Assembly (NCBI RefSeq): GCF_001194135.2
Contig: NC_068983.1
Coordinates: 10,499,642-10,551,008 of the forward strand
DNA: 51,367 nucleotides
Source of the DNA: Octopus bimaculoides
Taxonomy: Eukaryota
Reading direction: 5' to 3'
The notes beneath the pieces were generated by a model. The model searched no databases. It saw only the letters and a program-made list of their open reading frames with translations, and was not told the DNA's origin. The position numbers and the translations under genes are program-made. Numbering within the stretch: position 1 is the first letter of the stretch; every line of letters starts with the position of its first letter. This document shows, piece by piece, positions 20,601 to 33,011 of the stretch.

Positions 20601-23600
20601 AAGCCTCAGCTACACTTTGGCATAAATAGTTTGAGATTTGGTTCAGTAGAAAAAAAGTTACATCAAAATATGTCAGACCTCAAGTGGGCAGTAAAGCAGA
20701 TATCCATCTTCAATTAACATAAATTTTAAAAATTTAAATTAAAAGTATACTTTTCTTAGGGTTAAATGATAGAAAAATGCATGAGGAATTCAGAATCGTT
20801 AGTCGCATTGAACAAAAATTAATAGAAAAGCAGTTATGAGGTAAAATGTTCCAAAATTTAATGTCAGTGAGGAGGTAAGAAGTAATGCTTAAGCAATAAG
20901 AATAAAGAATATATTTAAAAAATGAATGTTCATATTCTAAGGTTGTGAGCTGGCAGAAATGTTAATGTGCTGGGCAAAATGTTTAGCAGTATTTGGTCTG
21001 TCGTTATGTTTTGAGTTCAAATTTTGCCGAAGTTGACTTTGACGTACAGATTATTCAGTTAATTTTTTAAAACTAAACACTTTCAAACTTCCGATACTTG
21101 TAGAATGTGTCACATAGAACAGGGTTTACTCTTAACATTTTTGACAAAATCTTGTATTTTAGAAGTTATTTTGTCAGAAGTTACAGAGTGACAATGAACA
21201 AATTCATATTTGGCAGGTGCCAATACACGAAACTCTCAGCTTTTGACTTACTCTCTAACTTCTGTCGATGATATATATACATATTAAATATAAGTGTAAA
21301 AAAATTTCATCACGCAATCAAACCAATGAAAGAGCCTCTACCTGGTTGCTCGACACACTAAAAATAGCAGCCAAAGTATCCCCCTACCTATTGTATGTAA
21401 TGTCCTAGATTATCCCTAAAAAGACGGTTTACTGAAGGCTGGAATGTCTTTGATGATACGTTTGCAGTATCAGGGTTGATTTCAGGCTAAATAACATTAT
21501 GGTCAATTTCTATATTAACACCTGCACAATTTTCACTAAGAAAAAAAAAATTTGATTTTTTGCGTGGAATCAAGTACCTTGACCTCCTAATATGCTGCAA
21601 ATCCCTTATTTTGGTTTGGGAAAAATTGAGGCAAGGGGTCTCCTCCAATCCCGGAATCATTGGAAATTTTTTTCATTGAATGAATTCCTGTGACCTCCTA
21701 ATATTGCAAAATTAGGTTATTTAAGGTGAGCCTGGTAACTGATGGTTTTGGGGGTCTTGTTGTTTGTAACTGTTGGTGAGCCATGGTGCAACAAAATGGT
21801 AAAAATCCCTGCCATTAATTTGATGTGGATGGGTAATATCAAATAATTCAATCACAATATATATTTAAATTAAACATGATAAAAATTGAAATATTATCAT
21901 CACTTACATGGAAAAATTGAAATATTATCTTTCAGTATTTGGTAAGGTAAAATCTTAAACTATTAATTGACACATTATTAATTATCTTATAACAGCAATG
22001 CCTGGAAAAATCATGAATTACTTGGAAAAATGCGAACATGAAAAGCATCTTAAGATTATAAACCTGGAAAAGTACAGGACAAGTTACTACACCTGTAAAA
22101 GTATAGGGCAAGCTATTACTTCAAGTATAGTAAAGAAAAATGACCACCCCGAGATAGAACAATATATATATTTCCATGGGTTTAAAATCATAAAAAAAAT
22201 TTCGATTTAATTCAATTTTATTCTATTTTGTTTTTAGATTTTAATCTTTCCAATCCTTTAATTTCTAACTTCAATTTTTTATTTTCATTTCTGTATTAAT
22301 GTGATCCTTACTCTCTTATTGTTGCTCTATTATTACCCTATGGTTGTTATTATTATTTTTTTTATTACTTTGTAATATTATTGATGTTGATGTTGTCACC
22401 TTCATCATTATTGTTCTGGTATCACACATTACTCCACAAATTTATTTTAATACTTCTACATCTAAGTTTACTCTAATGCTTTAGTTCAAAGTTTAATCCA
22501 TGACCTTTTTATTAGTTTAAAATTTTTAAAACCTGTATAATCAGTTTAACCTGAATTTACATTTAACACATAAAGCATGATGGACCATGATTGTGGCTGC
22601 CAGGCACAGGTCGACAGGCCATAATTGTGACTCAGACAGATGCATTAAATTTATGGGCATTTGTTGGGGTCAAATGCTCCCATACCCCACAGAATGTAAG
22701 AGGACTAATACTTCAACTAATGACTTCTCAGATGATGTAAAACTTACCACCATTATATACTAAGATATCTTAACTATTTTTTGTTTTTTATGTGTGCATG
22801 GTAGCCTCATTTTCATTAAATGTGCTCAGCAGTCCATGCTGTGTAAGTGCAAATCCCAACAACTTGACATCATCCCATTTGTAACATTTCTCAATCTATC
22901 AGTATTTATATCCTGGATAATATGAGCATTCCTGATCTTTACAATATGACTACACTTGATATACCGTTATTTTCTAATATAATTCCTCTACTATGCTAGA
23001 TAGCAACAACTGAAAATTACTGTCTTAGACTGATCATGTTCATAAAAATAAAATATCAGATTGCAACAATGACTGGAGAATATCTAAACTATATACAATA
23101 CTAATACGGTTATGTGTGTTGACCTGACTACAAACACTAATGTTTTATGATTGTCCTTCCAAATTTTAGCAATACAATGCCCCTCCTGCTTCTAGTAAGT
23201 GACTCGTGTACCATCCCCCTTACCTCCTTCCACCCCTTTGTAACCTGTCTTCCTCTGTTCTCTATTCTACTTGCGTCTTTCCATCTTCTCCTCCTCACTT
23301 CCTCATACAATAGCCATTCCTTCAGTGTTCTGTTTGTTATAACCAGAAATGGTTCTGATGAAAGTAGCGTTAATTTTCTTAGGTCGTTCAATTTTCTTTA
23401 ATTGATAAATAGACACATTGAGTAAACTTATCAGTAGTGTACCTATAATGGTTACTGGAAACAGTTGTAAGGCCAAATTTGCTCCAATAAAGGAAAAAAA
23501 ATTTCTTGCGAAGCAGAGAATATATAATGACCATTATATTAGCATACATGTTTATGTGTTTTCGTTCTCCCACTTCATAACTGGTGTTGGTTTGTGTACG

Positions 23601-24352
23601 TCCCTGTAATTTGGCGCTTCGACAAGAGACGGATAGAATAAGAGGACTTAGTTTCATTTATTCGATTAAGACGCCTCATGACGGTGCCCCAGCATGGCCG
23701 CTGTCTAATGACTGAAACATGTAAACAATATATGTCTGAATGAGTTCAAATTAACCTCAGTATATCTCGGACTACAGTCTCTACCGTCATTTTTTCTTTA
23801 AGATTGTAGACTGTAATTTTGGGCGGGGGAGATATTCAGCTACTATTTCTAGCAGATCGAATGACCACAAATATTGCTGGCATGGGTAGTACTTTTCGAG
23901 AATCGGGTCGCACTACTAAAAAATTGAATTTTTCGTTTAGACAGTCTTGCTAGCCGCATATTATCCGGCACTAGCATATTGTATAAATAAAAGTAAATGT
24001 TTTGTCAACATGTGACAAGACTCCATCAGACATTATTACTCTTGTGTCTTTTGCACCTCCGGCACTGAAGAGTGACAAAACATTTCAGTTTCACACAAGT
24101 TGGCCCACTCAGTGTGTATACATGTATATACACACATTATATACACACGCGCACATATAGGCACACACACACTTACACACAAATATTCACTGCATGCGTA
24201 CACACATCTATTTTGTAAACTTACATTAAATATCCATTCCACACACCCATACATGCACAAAATTCTGTCAGCTTCCTCTTTCTTTCCAAATACTTTGTCC
24301 ACCTTCTTGGAAACATCAAATATTGCAATCAACTCTTTCTTTAACCCTACAG

Positions 24353-24388
24353 CGTGTGGCCGGCGATTTACAAGACACACCTGGAACT
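24353..24388 (+). other. M6PR: Probable 5' UTR part of the first M6PR coding exon (acceptor at 24351-52)
   Basis: Strong acceptor CTCTTTCTTTAACCCTACAG, implying an upstream non-coding exon that was not located. The region 23860-24600 is CpG-rich. Confidence 0.5.
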
Positions 24389-24576
24389 ATGTTGACTGTA
24401 CAATGGCTTAGCTTGGAACGAGTTCATCTAATACCTATGGTAGCTCTGTTTTTGAATATTCTGTTAAGTCTTTCAAGTCTTCCTGCGACCAACGCCAAGT
24501 GTGTGTTTGTAGGGCGCCCGAGCCAAGCTACGGTGAAGCGAATCAGCGATCGAATCGCACCGCTTGATCAGAAAAA
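24389..24576 (+). CDS. M6PR: Cation-dependent mannose-6-phosphate receptor, coding exon 1 (alternative start at 24437)
   Basis: Signal peptide MVALFLNILLSLSSLPATNA, first Cys (KCVFV), and RIAPLDQK resembling human RLKPLFNK. Donor AA|GTAAGT at 24577, phase 2. Confidence 0.85.
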
Positions 24577-25864
24577 GTAAGTTGTATGAATATATATATA
24601 TTGAACTTTTTTTGTTATATTTACCCGAGTCTCTGCGTTGTTTGACCAAATCTTCAAATTATACATTTGAACAAACACGTCTATGTTTATTCTGCAGGTT
24701 TATAAAGAGAGGGAGCTAGAGACGGATTAATGTTATGTTGAGTTGGCACGTAATTAGGATAACATTATTGACTGTATGAACCTGTTGTTGATTTCAATCT
24801 CCTTCTCGTTCCTCTTCCCTACAAGTTGACTCTGAGCAAGCAGACCTGTGGTCAAAGGTGTTTTTCGCTGACTGCCCCACCCATTTTCCTCGGATTAATA
24901 TTTAATACGTCCTTCCATTTTAAGACAGCAGTGTGTCATTTGAGAGATATTTGCCTGTTATTTCTAGTAACTGTAATGGCCACGTGGAAACTTCCTCCGA
25001 GGTTCGACGCTAGCATGTTTATTTAGCAAAGTCTGCACTGATCGAGCAAACCTATAAATAAAAGGCGTTCCAGTGATGATCATCCCTTCTTTTACCTTAA
25101 TTCCATTTTCATCTAGAATATACTTTTTATTAATATTAAATCGATTTCAATACTTGATTGATACTTTAATTTTATTGACCCCCGGATGTATAAAAAGCAA
25201 AGTTGACCTCGGCCGCATTTGAACTGAAAACGTAAAGGGTAGTAACTAAATACTGCATTTTATCCAACGATCAAAATATGTTAGCAATCCATTTGCTTTT
25301 TTTGTTTTTTAAACCTCTGCACAATGCATATATGAATACATTGTGCGATGTGCCCTTCCTTTCTTAGATGATAAGTGTATGATTTGAGGGATACTTGACA
25401 GCTACTTCTACCTGTGGAAAGGCCACGTTGGCTAGACACTAACCAGATGCTGTTTAGCTCCATGTCATCCCTGATCATAAATTTTCAAAACATTGTTTAT
25501 TTAAAAAGCTTTCCCCCATAACTTCCAAGACCATCGTCAAAAAAAGAAACGTTGAGAAAATCCTCAACAAAACGAGGAAGTCCACCTTATGTGAATGTAC
25601 TAATCCGAAACTCCGCCCAAATTTATTTTGATTGGAATTTTTGACTTTGAATTCGTTTTTGTTAATGTTATTAAAATCATAGATGTATGCCACCTCTCTG
25701 ACTAAGTTAATTTAATCTTTTTTTTGTCTTTCACATATAAACTATCGAGTTACGTACATTCACACACACACATACACACTATATATATATATATATATAT
25801 ATATAACGGCGGTGCCCCAGCATGGCCACAGCTGAGCTGAAACTACAAAAATAAAAAAAAAGAA

Positions 25865-25935
<71 letters not shown>

Positions 25936-26622
25936 ACGGAATGCCAAAAATGGGACAAGAACGCAAAACATCCAGACAGTAGGTGATACAANNNNNNNNN
26001 NNNNNNNNNNNNNNNNNNNNNNNNNNNNNNNNNNNNNNNNNNNNNNNNNNNNNNNNNNNNNNNNNNNNNNNNNNNNNNNNNNNNNNNNNNNNNNNNNNNN
26101 NNNNNNNNNNNNNNNNNNNNNNNNNNNNNNNNNNNNNNNNNNNNNNNNNNNNNNNNNNNNNNNNNNNNNNNNNNNNNNNNNNNNNNNNNNNNNNNNNNNN
26201 NNNNNNNNNNNNNNNNNNNNNNNNNNNNNNNNNNNNNNNNNNNNNNNNNNNNNNNNNNNNNNNNNNNNNNNNNNNNNNNNNNNNNNNNNNNNNNNNNNNN
26301 NNNNNNNNNNNNNNNNNNNNNNNNNNNNNNNNNNNNNNNNNNNNNNNNNNNNNNNNNNNNNNNNNNNNNNNNNNNNNNNNNNNNNNNNNNNNNNNNNNNN
26401 NNNNNNNNNNNNNNNNNNNNNNNNNNNNNNNNNNNNNNNNNNNNNNNNNNNNNNNNNNNNNNNNNNNNNNNNNNNNNNNNNNNNNNNNNNNNNNNNNNNN
26501 NNNNNNNNNNNNNNNNNNNNNNNNNNNNNNNNNNNNNNNNNNNNNNNNNNNNNNNNNNNNNNNNNNNNNNNNNNNNNNNNNNNNNNNNNNNNNNNNNNNN
26601 NNNNNNNNNNNNNNTATATATA

Positions 26623-27894
26623 TTCGGTCATCCCATAAATGCGGTTTTTTCAATTGCTTGAACTAAATGTCGGAGGGGGTGGGATAAACTACCTCCATCA
26701 ACTTGCTTTAAAAGCATGTAGTAATTTTTACCTTATTCTTAGTGCAAGTTTTGAAGAGTGCAATTCGATTTTAACACTTATTTTTTCAAAACTATAGTGG
26801 AAGTGACAAAGGAGCTTATTCGGCATATTTCGTGTTACGAGTTCAGTAAAGGCAACAACACAACGGAAAGTGCGAAGAATATTAATGCAGTATATGGGGA
26901 TCGGATAATAAGAGTAAGCCAGTGTCAATGGTGGTTCCAGAAACCCCAAGCTGGAAACTACAGCCTAGAAGACAATCCTCGCCCTGGAAGATCTGGAGAG
27001 CTCGACGAGGACGTCCTGCAAATCCTGGTGGAACAAAATCACATCGTAACTGTTGAGGAACTAGCAGAGAAGCGTGGATTTGGTCATTCAACCATTCATC
27101 GACACCTGCGTACCATCGAAAAGTTAGTAAATTGGGTCAATGGGTTCCTCACAAACTTTTTGAGTTTTATCGCACGCAGAGAGTGAATGTGTGCTCTTCT
27201 TTGCTGTCACATCTCACGAATGAACCCTTTTTGGACCGAATAGTGACTGGTGACGAGAAATGGGTCCTCTATAAAAATGTCAAGCTCCGAAGACAGTGGG
27301 TAGGGAAAGGAGAAACACCGGCACCCCAGGCTAAAGAAGGTCTTCACCCACGTATGGTATTGTTATCTGTTTGGTGTGATATGAAAGGTTTAGTCCACTT
27401 GGAACTTTTAAACCCAAACCAAACGATAACAAAGGAGATCTACTGCGAGCAGCTTGAGTGGCTTAAGTGAGCGCTAGAAGGAAAAATGACCATCTTTGGT
27501 TTCAAGACGAAAGGTGTTCTTCCATCAGGATAATGCTCAGCCACATACAGCGAGGATGACATCTCAAAGGCTGGAGCAGTTTGAATGGGAAACGTTACCC
27601 CACCCACCATATTCACCGGACATTGCCCCATCTGATTATCATTTATTCCGCAGTCTTCAAAATTATTTGGACGGAAAAAATAGGAATTCTGAAGACGAGG
27701 TCAGAACAGTACCGGAGGAGTATTTTTCGTCACGAGCAAGTGAATTTTGGAAGAGGGGCCTTGCAAGTCTATCAGATAGATGGAAGAAGAAAATGAAGGA
27801 GAATGTATTTTAGATTAGAAAAGAACTTTGTTTATCTTAATTTTGAAAGATAAAAGAAGTATAAAAAAAAACGCATTGTTTTTGGGATGACCCA

Positions 27895-27895
<1 letters not shown>
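26623..27895 (+). mobile_element. Near full-length mariner (DD34D), 1273 bp, in M6PR intron 1
   Basis: TIRs TT(C/G)GGTCATCCCA(T/A)AAA with TA flanks. Motifs WVPHKL, TGDEKW, HQDNAQPH and YSPDIAPSD, with 34 residues between the last two Asp. Confidence 0.92.
26797..27818 (+). pseudogene. Mariner transposase pseudogene
   Basis: Start codon is GTG. There is a -1 frameshift near 27120, TGA at 27468-70, a +1 frameshift and second stop near 27485, and a small terminal deletion. Confidence 0.85.
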
Positions 27896-27925
<30 letters not shown>

Positions 27926-28734
27926 AAAGAGAGAGACAAACACATATATGGCGTTGCTACAAACGCCATAGAGATTAGAATTAATGTGGTCGCTTGACTT
28001 GCTCGAAATTGCAGTTAAATCTCCCTCAGATTGTCTTAAGGAAACAAATCCATCTTCAGACGTTTGATAATATAATCGTAGATACACAATGTTAGAAAAA
28101 AAGATATGGTCATGGTGGGAATGTCTTTGGACATAAGTTTTGTTTGATTATGGCTGACCTGGTGCTAAGCAACAACGCTAGGAATATAAATGCCTTTGCT
28201 GTAATATAGTTGTCACCCAATTTCGATCCCCGTTGTAACTACTTCACTTACATTGCTAATGTATCTGGGGGGAAAGCATAAATGTCACATTTGCTTTCTT
28301 TCGTCATGAGAGTCTGTGTGTGGTGGCTCGACCGGTTTAAAATAGACCCAATTCTGTTTTTTATTCAAATCTACCGTCTTATAAAATGAAAGTTTAATGT
28401 AATCTTACGAAGCACGGAAAAAAAAGTAAAAATTGAAAATGTACGGCTGTAACACTTTGATTATAGGTCGGCGTAATCAAGACTGCCTTCCTGGGCCTAA
28501 TTAACGACGACAACCACAACCTAACATAGAATGTCTGTTGTCTTGTCGAAAATAAACAGCGATATTTTGGTCGACGCTGTTGATTGTAAATAAACGCTCC
28601 GGCGGCCCGGTTTCGATCTGAGATGAATTGTTTTTCTTTATGAACCATTCATGAATTTCACACTATCTTATTTGCTCTTATTCATGCCTGGAGTTTTGGA
28701 ATGTTGTTTAGCACCAAGTGAACCTTGATTAAGT

Positions 28735-28880
28735 GAAATCGCGTGGTCCAGTGGCTAAGGTGTTGCACTCAGGATCGTTAGATCGTGTTTTCGATTCCTG
28801 GCCAGACCAGTTGGCGCATTGTATTCTTGAGCAATAGACTTCACTTCACATTACTCCAGTCCACACAGCTGTAAGATGAC
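28735..28880 (+). mobile_element. Degenerate tRNA-headed SINE fragment
   Basis: GTGGTCCAGTGGCTAAGG...TTCGATTCC A/B-box-like head followed by a TTCTTGAGCAA core. Confidence 0.45.
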
Positions 28881-29123
28881 TCCCAACAATAGTTAGGAAG
28901 TTAACCCCCGAAACAGACTAGCGTTCCGTTTAAGGTTGAATAGTGTTGTAATCGTCATGGAAACCGGTTAACCTCCGGCCTTGTGAGTCCCAAGGTTCGT
29001 GTCAACTTTAAACCATGAAGACCTAAGATCAATAGCATTCCAGCCATCATCTCGTTATTTTCCTGTGTGCAAAGAACCAAGAACAACATGAATCAGTGTA
29101 CCCTCTTTCGTCAAACTAAAGCG

Positions 29124-29912
29124 TTTGACCTGAGCTCAAAAATCAAAAAAAAAAAATTAGTGTAATAGGTGTAAAACAACTTGCTGGGAACGAATATGAA
29201 CGAGGAGTTGTGTCTGAAATGCTACACTTCTATTCGTCCTCAATCAAGTACTGGGGTCAATGTTATCGACTTGTCTCCTCTGAATGAAGTTTTAGGTTTT
29301 TGTGCCTCTAGTAGAAATCTGGTACAGAGAGATGTGACAGGGTGACACCATAGTAGGATGGTGAGAGGGGGTGCTATACTAAGAGGAGTAAAGTTGCATT
29401 CATTCTATGGCGTCTGTTGAAGATTTGTGTTGTGTCTTGTAACAGTAGACTGTNNNNNNNNNNNNNNNNNNNNNNNNNNNNNNNNNNNNNNNNNNNNNGC
29501 GAAAGGCGGGGTGGGGATGGGGAGAGGACTCTGAACATTCACATCGTCACACATCGTCAGTCCATGGCCTCTAAACTATAGTGTTTGACCCGAGCTCAAA
29601 ACAAAAACAAAAAAAAAAGTCTAATAGGTGTAAAACAACTTGCTGGGAACGAATATGAACGAGGAGTTGTGTCTGAAATGCTACACTTCTATTCGTCCTC
29701 AATCAAGTACTGGGGTCAATGTTATCGACTTGTCTCCTCTGAATGAAGTTTTAGGTTTTTGTGCCTCTAGTAGAAATCTGGTACAGAGAGATGTGACAGG
29801 GTGACACCATAGTAGGATGGTGAGAGGGGGTGCTATACTAAGAGGAGTAAAGTTGCATTCATTCTATGGCGTCTGTTGAAGATTTGTGTTGTGTCTTGTA
29901 ACAGTAGACTGT
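29124..29912 (+). repeat. Direct duplication of 291 bp around a 45-N gap
   Basis: 29163-29453 is identical to 29622-29912. The upstream poly-A regions differ. Confidence 0.9.
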
Positions 29913-30140
29913 TTACACAGCTAGATGGACAGGGGGCCAGCGAGAGTTAAGTGTCTAGACCAGTGGAACAGGGCAATGTCACTGGTAGGATTTGAACCTT
30001 CTACTTTACATGCTTAGTTTCCTGTGACTTATTTACTGAAATGGAGCTGTTTAGTTCGGAGTCAAACCTTTGATCAGAGGTATTCCAGACATATCTATCC
30101 CGTTTTTAGTATATAGGTGATTTTAGACTATATTTACCCA

Positions 30141-30305
30141 GGCGTAGGAGTGGCTGTGTGGTAAGTAGCTTGCTTACCAACCACATGGTTCCGGGTTCAG
30201 TCCCACTGCATGGCATCTTGGGCAAGTGTCTTCTACTATAGCCTTGGGCCGACCAAAGCCGTGTGAGTGGATTTGGTAGACGGAAACTGAAAGAAGCCTG
30301 TCGTA

Positions 30306-30348
<43 letters not shown>

Positions 30349-30567
30349 TTGTGTGTCTGTTTGTCCCCCCAACACCGCTTGACAACCGAGGCTGGTGTGT
30401 TTACGTCCCTGTAACTTAGCGGTTCGGCAAAAGAGACCGATAGAATAAGTACTAGGCTTCCAAAGAATAAGTCCTGGGGTTGATTTGCTCGACTAAAGGC
30501 GGTGCTCCAGTATGGCCACAGTCAAATGACTGAAACAAGTAAAAAGTAAAAAGAGAGTAAAAGAGTA
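30141..30567 (+). mobile_element. Full-length SINE family A
   Basis: A box 30151-61, B box 30194-203, internal (TA)n(TG)n and a GTAAAAGA tail. Confidence 0.85.
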
Positions 30568-30821
30568 ATACGCTCATCCAATTTTTAAAAAGATGATAGG
30601 GTGTGTGATATAAGAGAATTTTGATTGCTACTTTTAACATGTATAATAATCACACAAGTTTTCCCCATTGGTTCATCCACATAATGGGGTATATTTAATT
30701 GGCTACAATTTTGCAGTAACAATTAGCCTTCTTATAGTTAGAAAAGAAATTGTTGACATATGATGTCACAGCCAGAACTAGTTGGAACTGGACCATTTAG
30801 TTTGACTCCCTTCTATCATAT

Positions 30822-31035
30822 TGGTTTCAAATTTTGGCACAAGGCCAGCAATTTCAGAGGGGAAAGCAAATTGATTACATCAACTTGTGTTCAACTGGTG
30901 CTTATTTTATCGACTCTGAAAGGATGAAGGGTAAAGTTGACCTCGGTGGAATTTGAACTTAGTATCTAAAGACGGATGAAATACCGCTAAGCATTTTTCC
31001 CTGGTGTGTTAACAATTCTACCAGCTCACCGCTTT
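30822..31035 (-). mobile_element. SINE family C
   Basis: GGCACAAGGCC...GACCTCGGTGGAATTTGAAC...CCAGCTCACCGC. Other copies lie at about 11265-11400 (-), 17660-17870 (+), 20940-21045 (+), 25170-25280 (-) and 47090-47300 (-). Confidence 0.75.
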
Positions 31036-31823
31036 ATTCCCATATTAACAACAGAGTTTTGTAGCTTTGTTGTTATTCTTATTTTCTATTTCTGTAGAGG
31101 TAACATTTGGTTATTATGCAGCTGAAAATACTTCTGTAACTAACATGACCTAAATAAGGAAATTTTTAATTTACCTCTACCTAGACCAGCTAGATAAAGG
31201 AACCTCTACGTGGTCATTCGACGTCCTAAAAATAGCAACAAAATTACCTCAGATCACATTAAGACAACACTTTGGATAATGTCTGGGAGCACTACAAGGC
31301 ATGGAAAAATATATATCCACGTAGATGGTCACAACTGCAAGACCTTTGATGTTAGGTTTGCTTGTTCAGAATTGACTAGAAGACATGCAACTTCTAACAG
31401 AATAGTTATCCTAAGAATGTCCGCTTTCTCTCAAAACATATTTGCCTAAGTCAGTGAGGGAGACTGTTCTAGACACTCTACCTGCTAGAAATAGCAGCAA
31501 AATCTTCTCAAACCACAGTTGAAAAAAAAGTCTGGTGCTTATAGCTGGAATATCTTTATTAGCCTGCAGATCTAGTTGGTTTGGCTGCCAGCATCAATTT
31601 CTGTTTGAATTGATTTCATATTCAGCGTAATAATACACTTTTATAAGCTAATGAATGATGTGAAAATCATTTTCGCTATAAATCATTTAGCAATTAAAGT
31701 TTGAAAATTTTGGGTAATTTTAGCCAATTGTAAGCCACAGGCTCATTCATACCTGTTTCCAGGGAGAAAGCACGTGTGTTGACTGGTATATTCTACGCGA
31801 TGCCATGTGTGTTGATGCTGTGT

Positions 31824-31873
31824 TCTGTTGCTTGTGCCCATCTGTTGCTTGTGCCTATCTGTTGCTTGTGCCC
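31824..31873. repeat. 17-bp minisatellite, 3 copies (TCTGTTGCTTGTGCCCA)
   Basis: Directly visible at 31824, 31841 and 31858. Confidence 0.85.
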
Positions 31874-32586
31874 TGGTTGTGAGATGTGCTAAAAATAGCA
31901 GCTAAATATGCCTTAAATCACGCACCCCCCATTAAAAAAAATTTTCCCATTATCATATGAATTCCCTTGTGTATAGTACAAATTTGCAAAAATTTTCAAA
32001 AAATTCCAAATTTTAAAGAAGTTATGAGGGGTTGTACATTAAACAGAATTTGATTCCTTTACAGTTTCATATAAAAACACATGCTATTTTCAGAATGTTG
32101 ACAACATGTGCAGTCATGCACAAAATGACAGCTTCCAAATCCTGTTTCCTGACTAAGTGAAAATCATCAAACTTTAAACCTCTATAACTTTTTAAAAACA
32201 TTTTTCTGGAAAAAGTGAAATAACTCCAGCAATTCAGCTTGGAAAAGTATATTAATGTGCCAAATTTTAAAATTTTTGATAAACTTTAATTATTGAAATG
32301 CTGGCAGTCAAACCAACTAGATCCTACCCCACTTGGTCAGTCCTGACTTGGGGTTAGGTAACCATATTATTAACAAATGAAGGAAACTTTACATAGCTGC
32401 ATGAGCTGATAGAAATAACTGAATTTCCTCAAAACACACATCTTTCTGACTTTAAAAAAAAAAATAAATAGTCTATTACATAGTGTAGTCATAGATACAA
32501 ACACCATGTCTTAATGAAAAACACGATGGCCTCAGCTCGAATATATATTTAGTCACATAATATATATATTTAGAATAATATATATA

Positions 32587-33011
32587 TCATAAATCCTCGA
32601 GTATAACCCGCCCTTTTTTCCCAAAATTTAAAGGTCAAAATTTCTAGTGCATACTATATACGAGGTTAAAGATGAAAAATATTTTCTAAGCAACATTTTC
32701 TAAGTGATAAATATGTAAAGGCAATTTACTTAATATTTATTTTTCACTGACGTTATTACTGTTATTTCTTTATTTTCTGCAAACAAAGTGCACAAAAAAG
32801 CTACACGTTTGCATTATGTTATATATACAATAATAATAAAGGACGTTACCGTATATACGTTTACAAACCAAGGACGTTATATCGACTTCTTTGACTCAAG
32901 TTAGAGAAGGGGTGCGTATTATACACAAGGTTTAGGTTTTTCAGAGGTACAGCCCCCTAAAAATCCCCTGCGTATTATACTCAAAGGCAGACTATACTCG
33001 AGGATTTACGG
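32587..33011 (+). mobile_element. 425-bp MITE (Tc2/pogo-like)
   Basis: TIRs (T)CATAAATCCTCGAGTATA and TATACTCGAGGATTTACGG, with TA flanks. Confidence 0.8.

Noticed and set aside
21990-22210. Possible Penelope GIY-YIG remnant or 70-aa ORF
   Set aside because: No diagnostic motif can be recognised with confidence.
24036-24380. Minus-strand 114-aa ORF divergent from M6PR
   Set aside because: It has a non-ATG start, overlaps the M6PR acceptor tract and runs into a CA-rich low-complexity region.
28394-28648. 84-aa minus-strand ORF in the intronic CpG-rich island
   Set aside because: No domain or supporting splice structure. The region is reported only as a candidate regulatory element.
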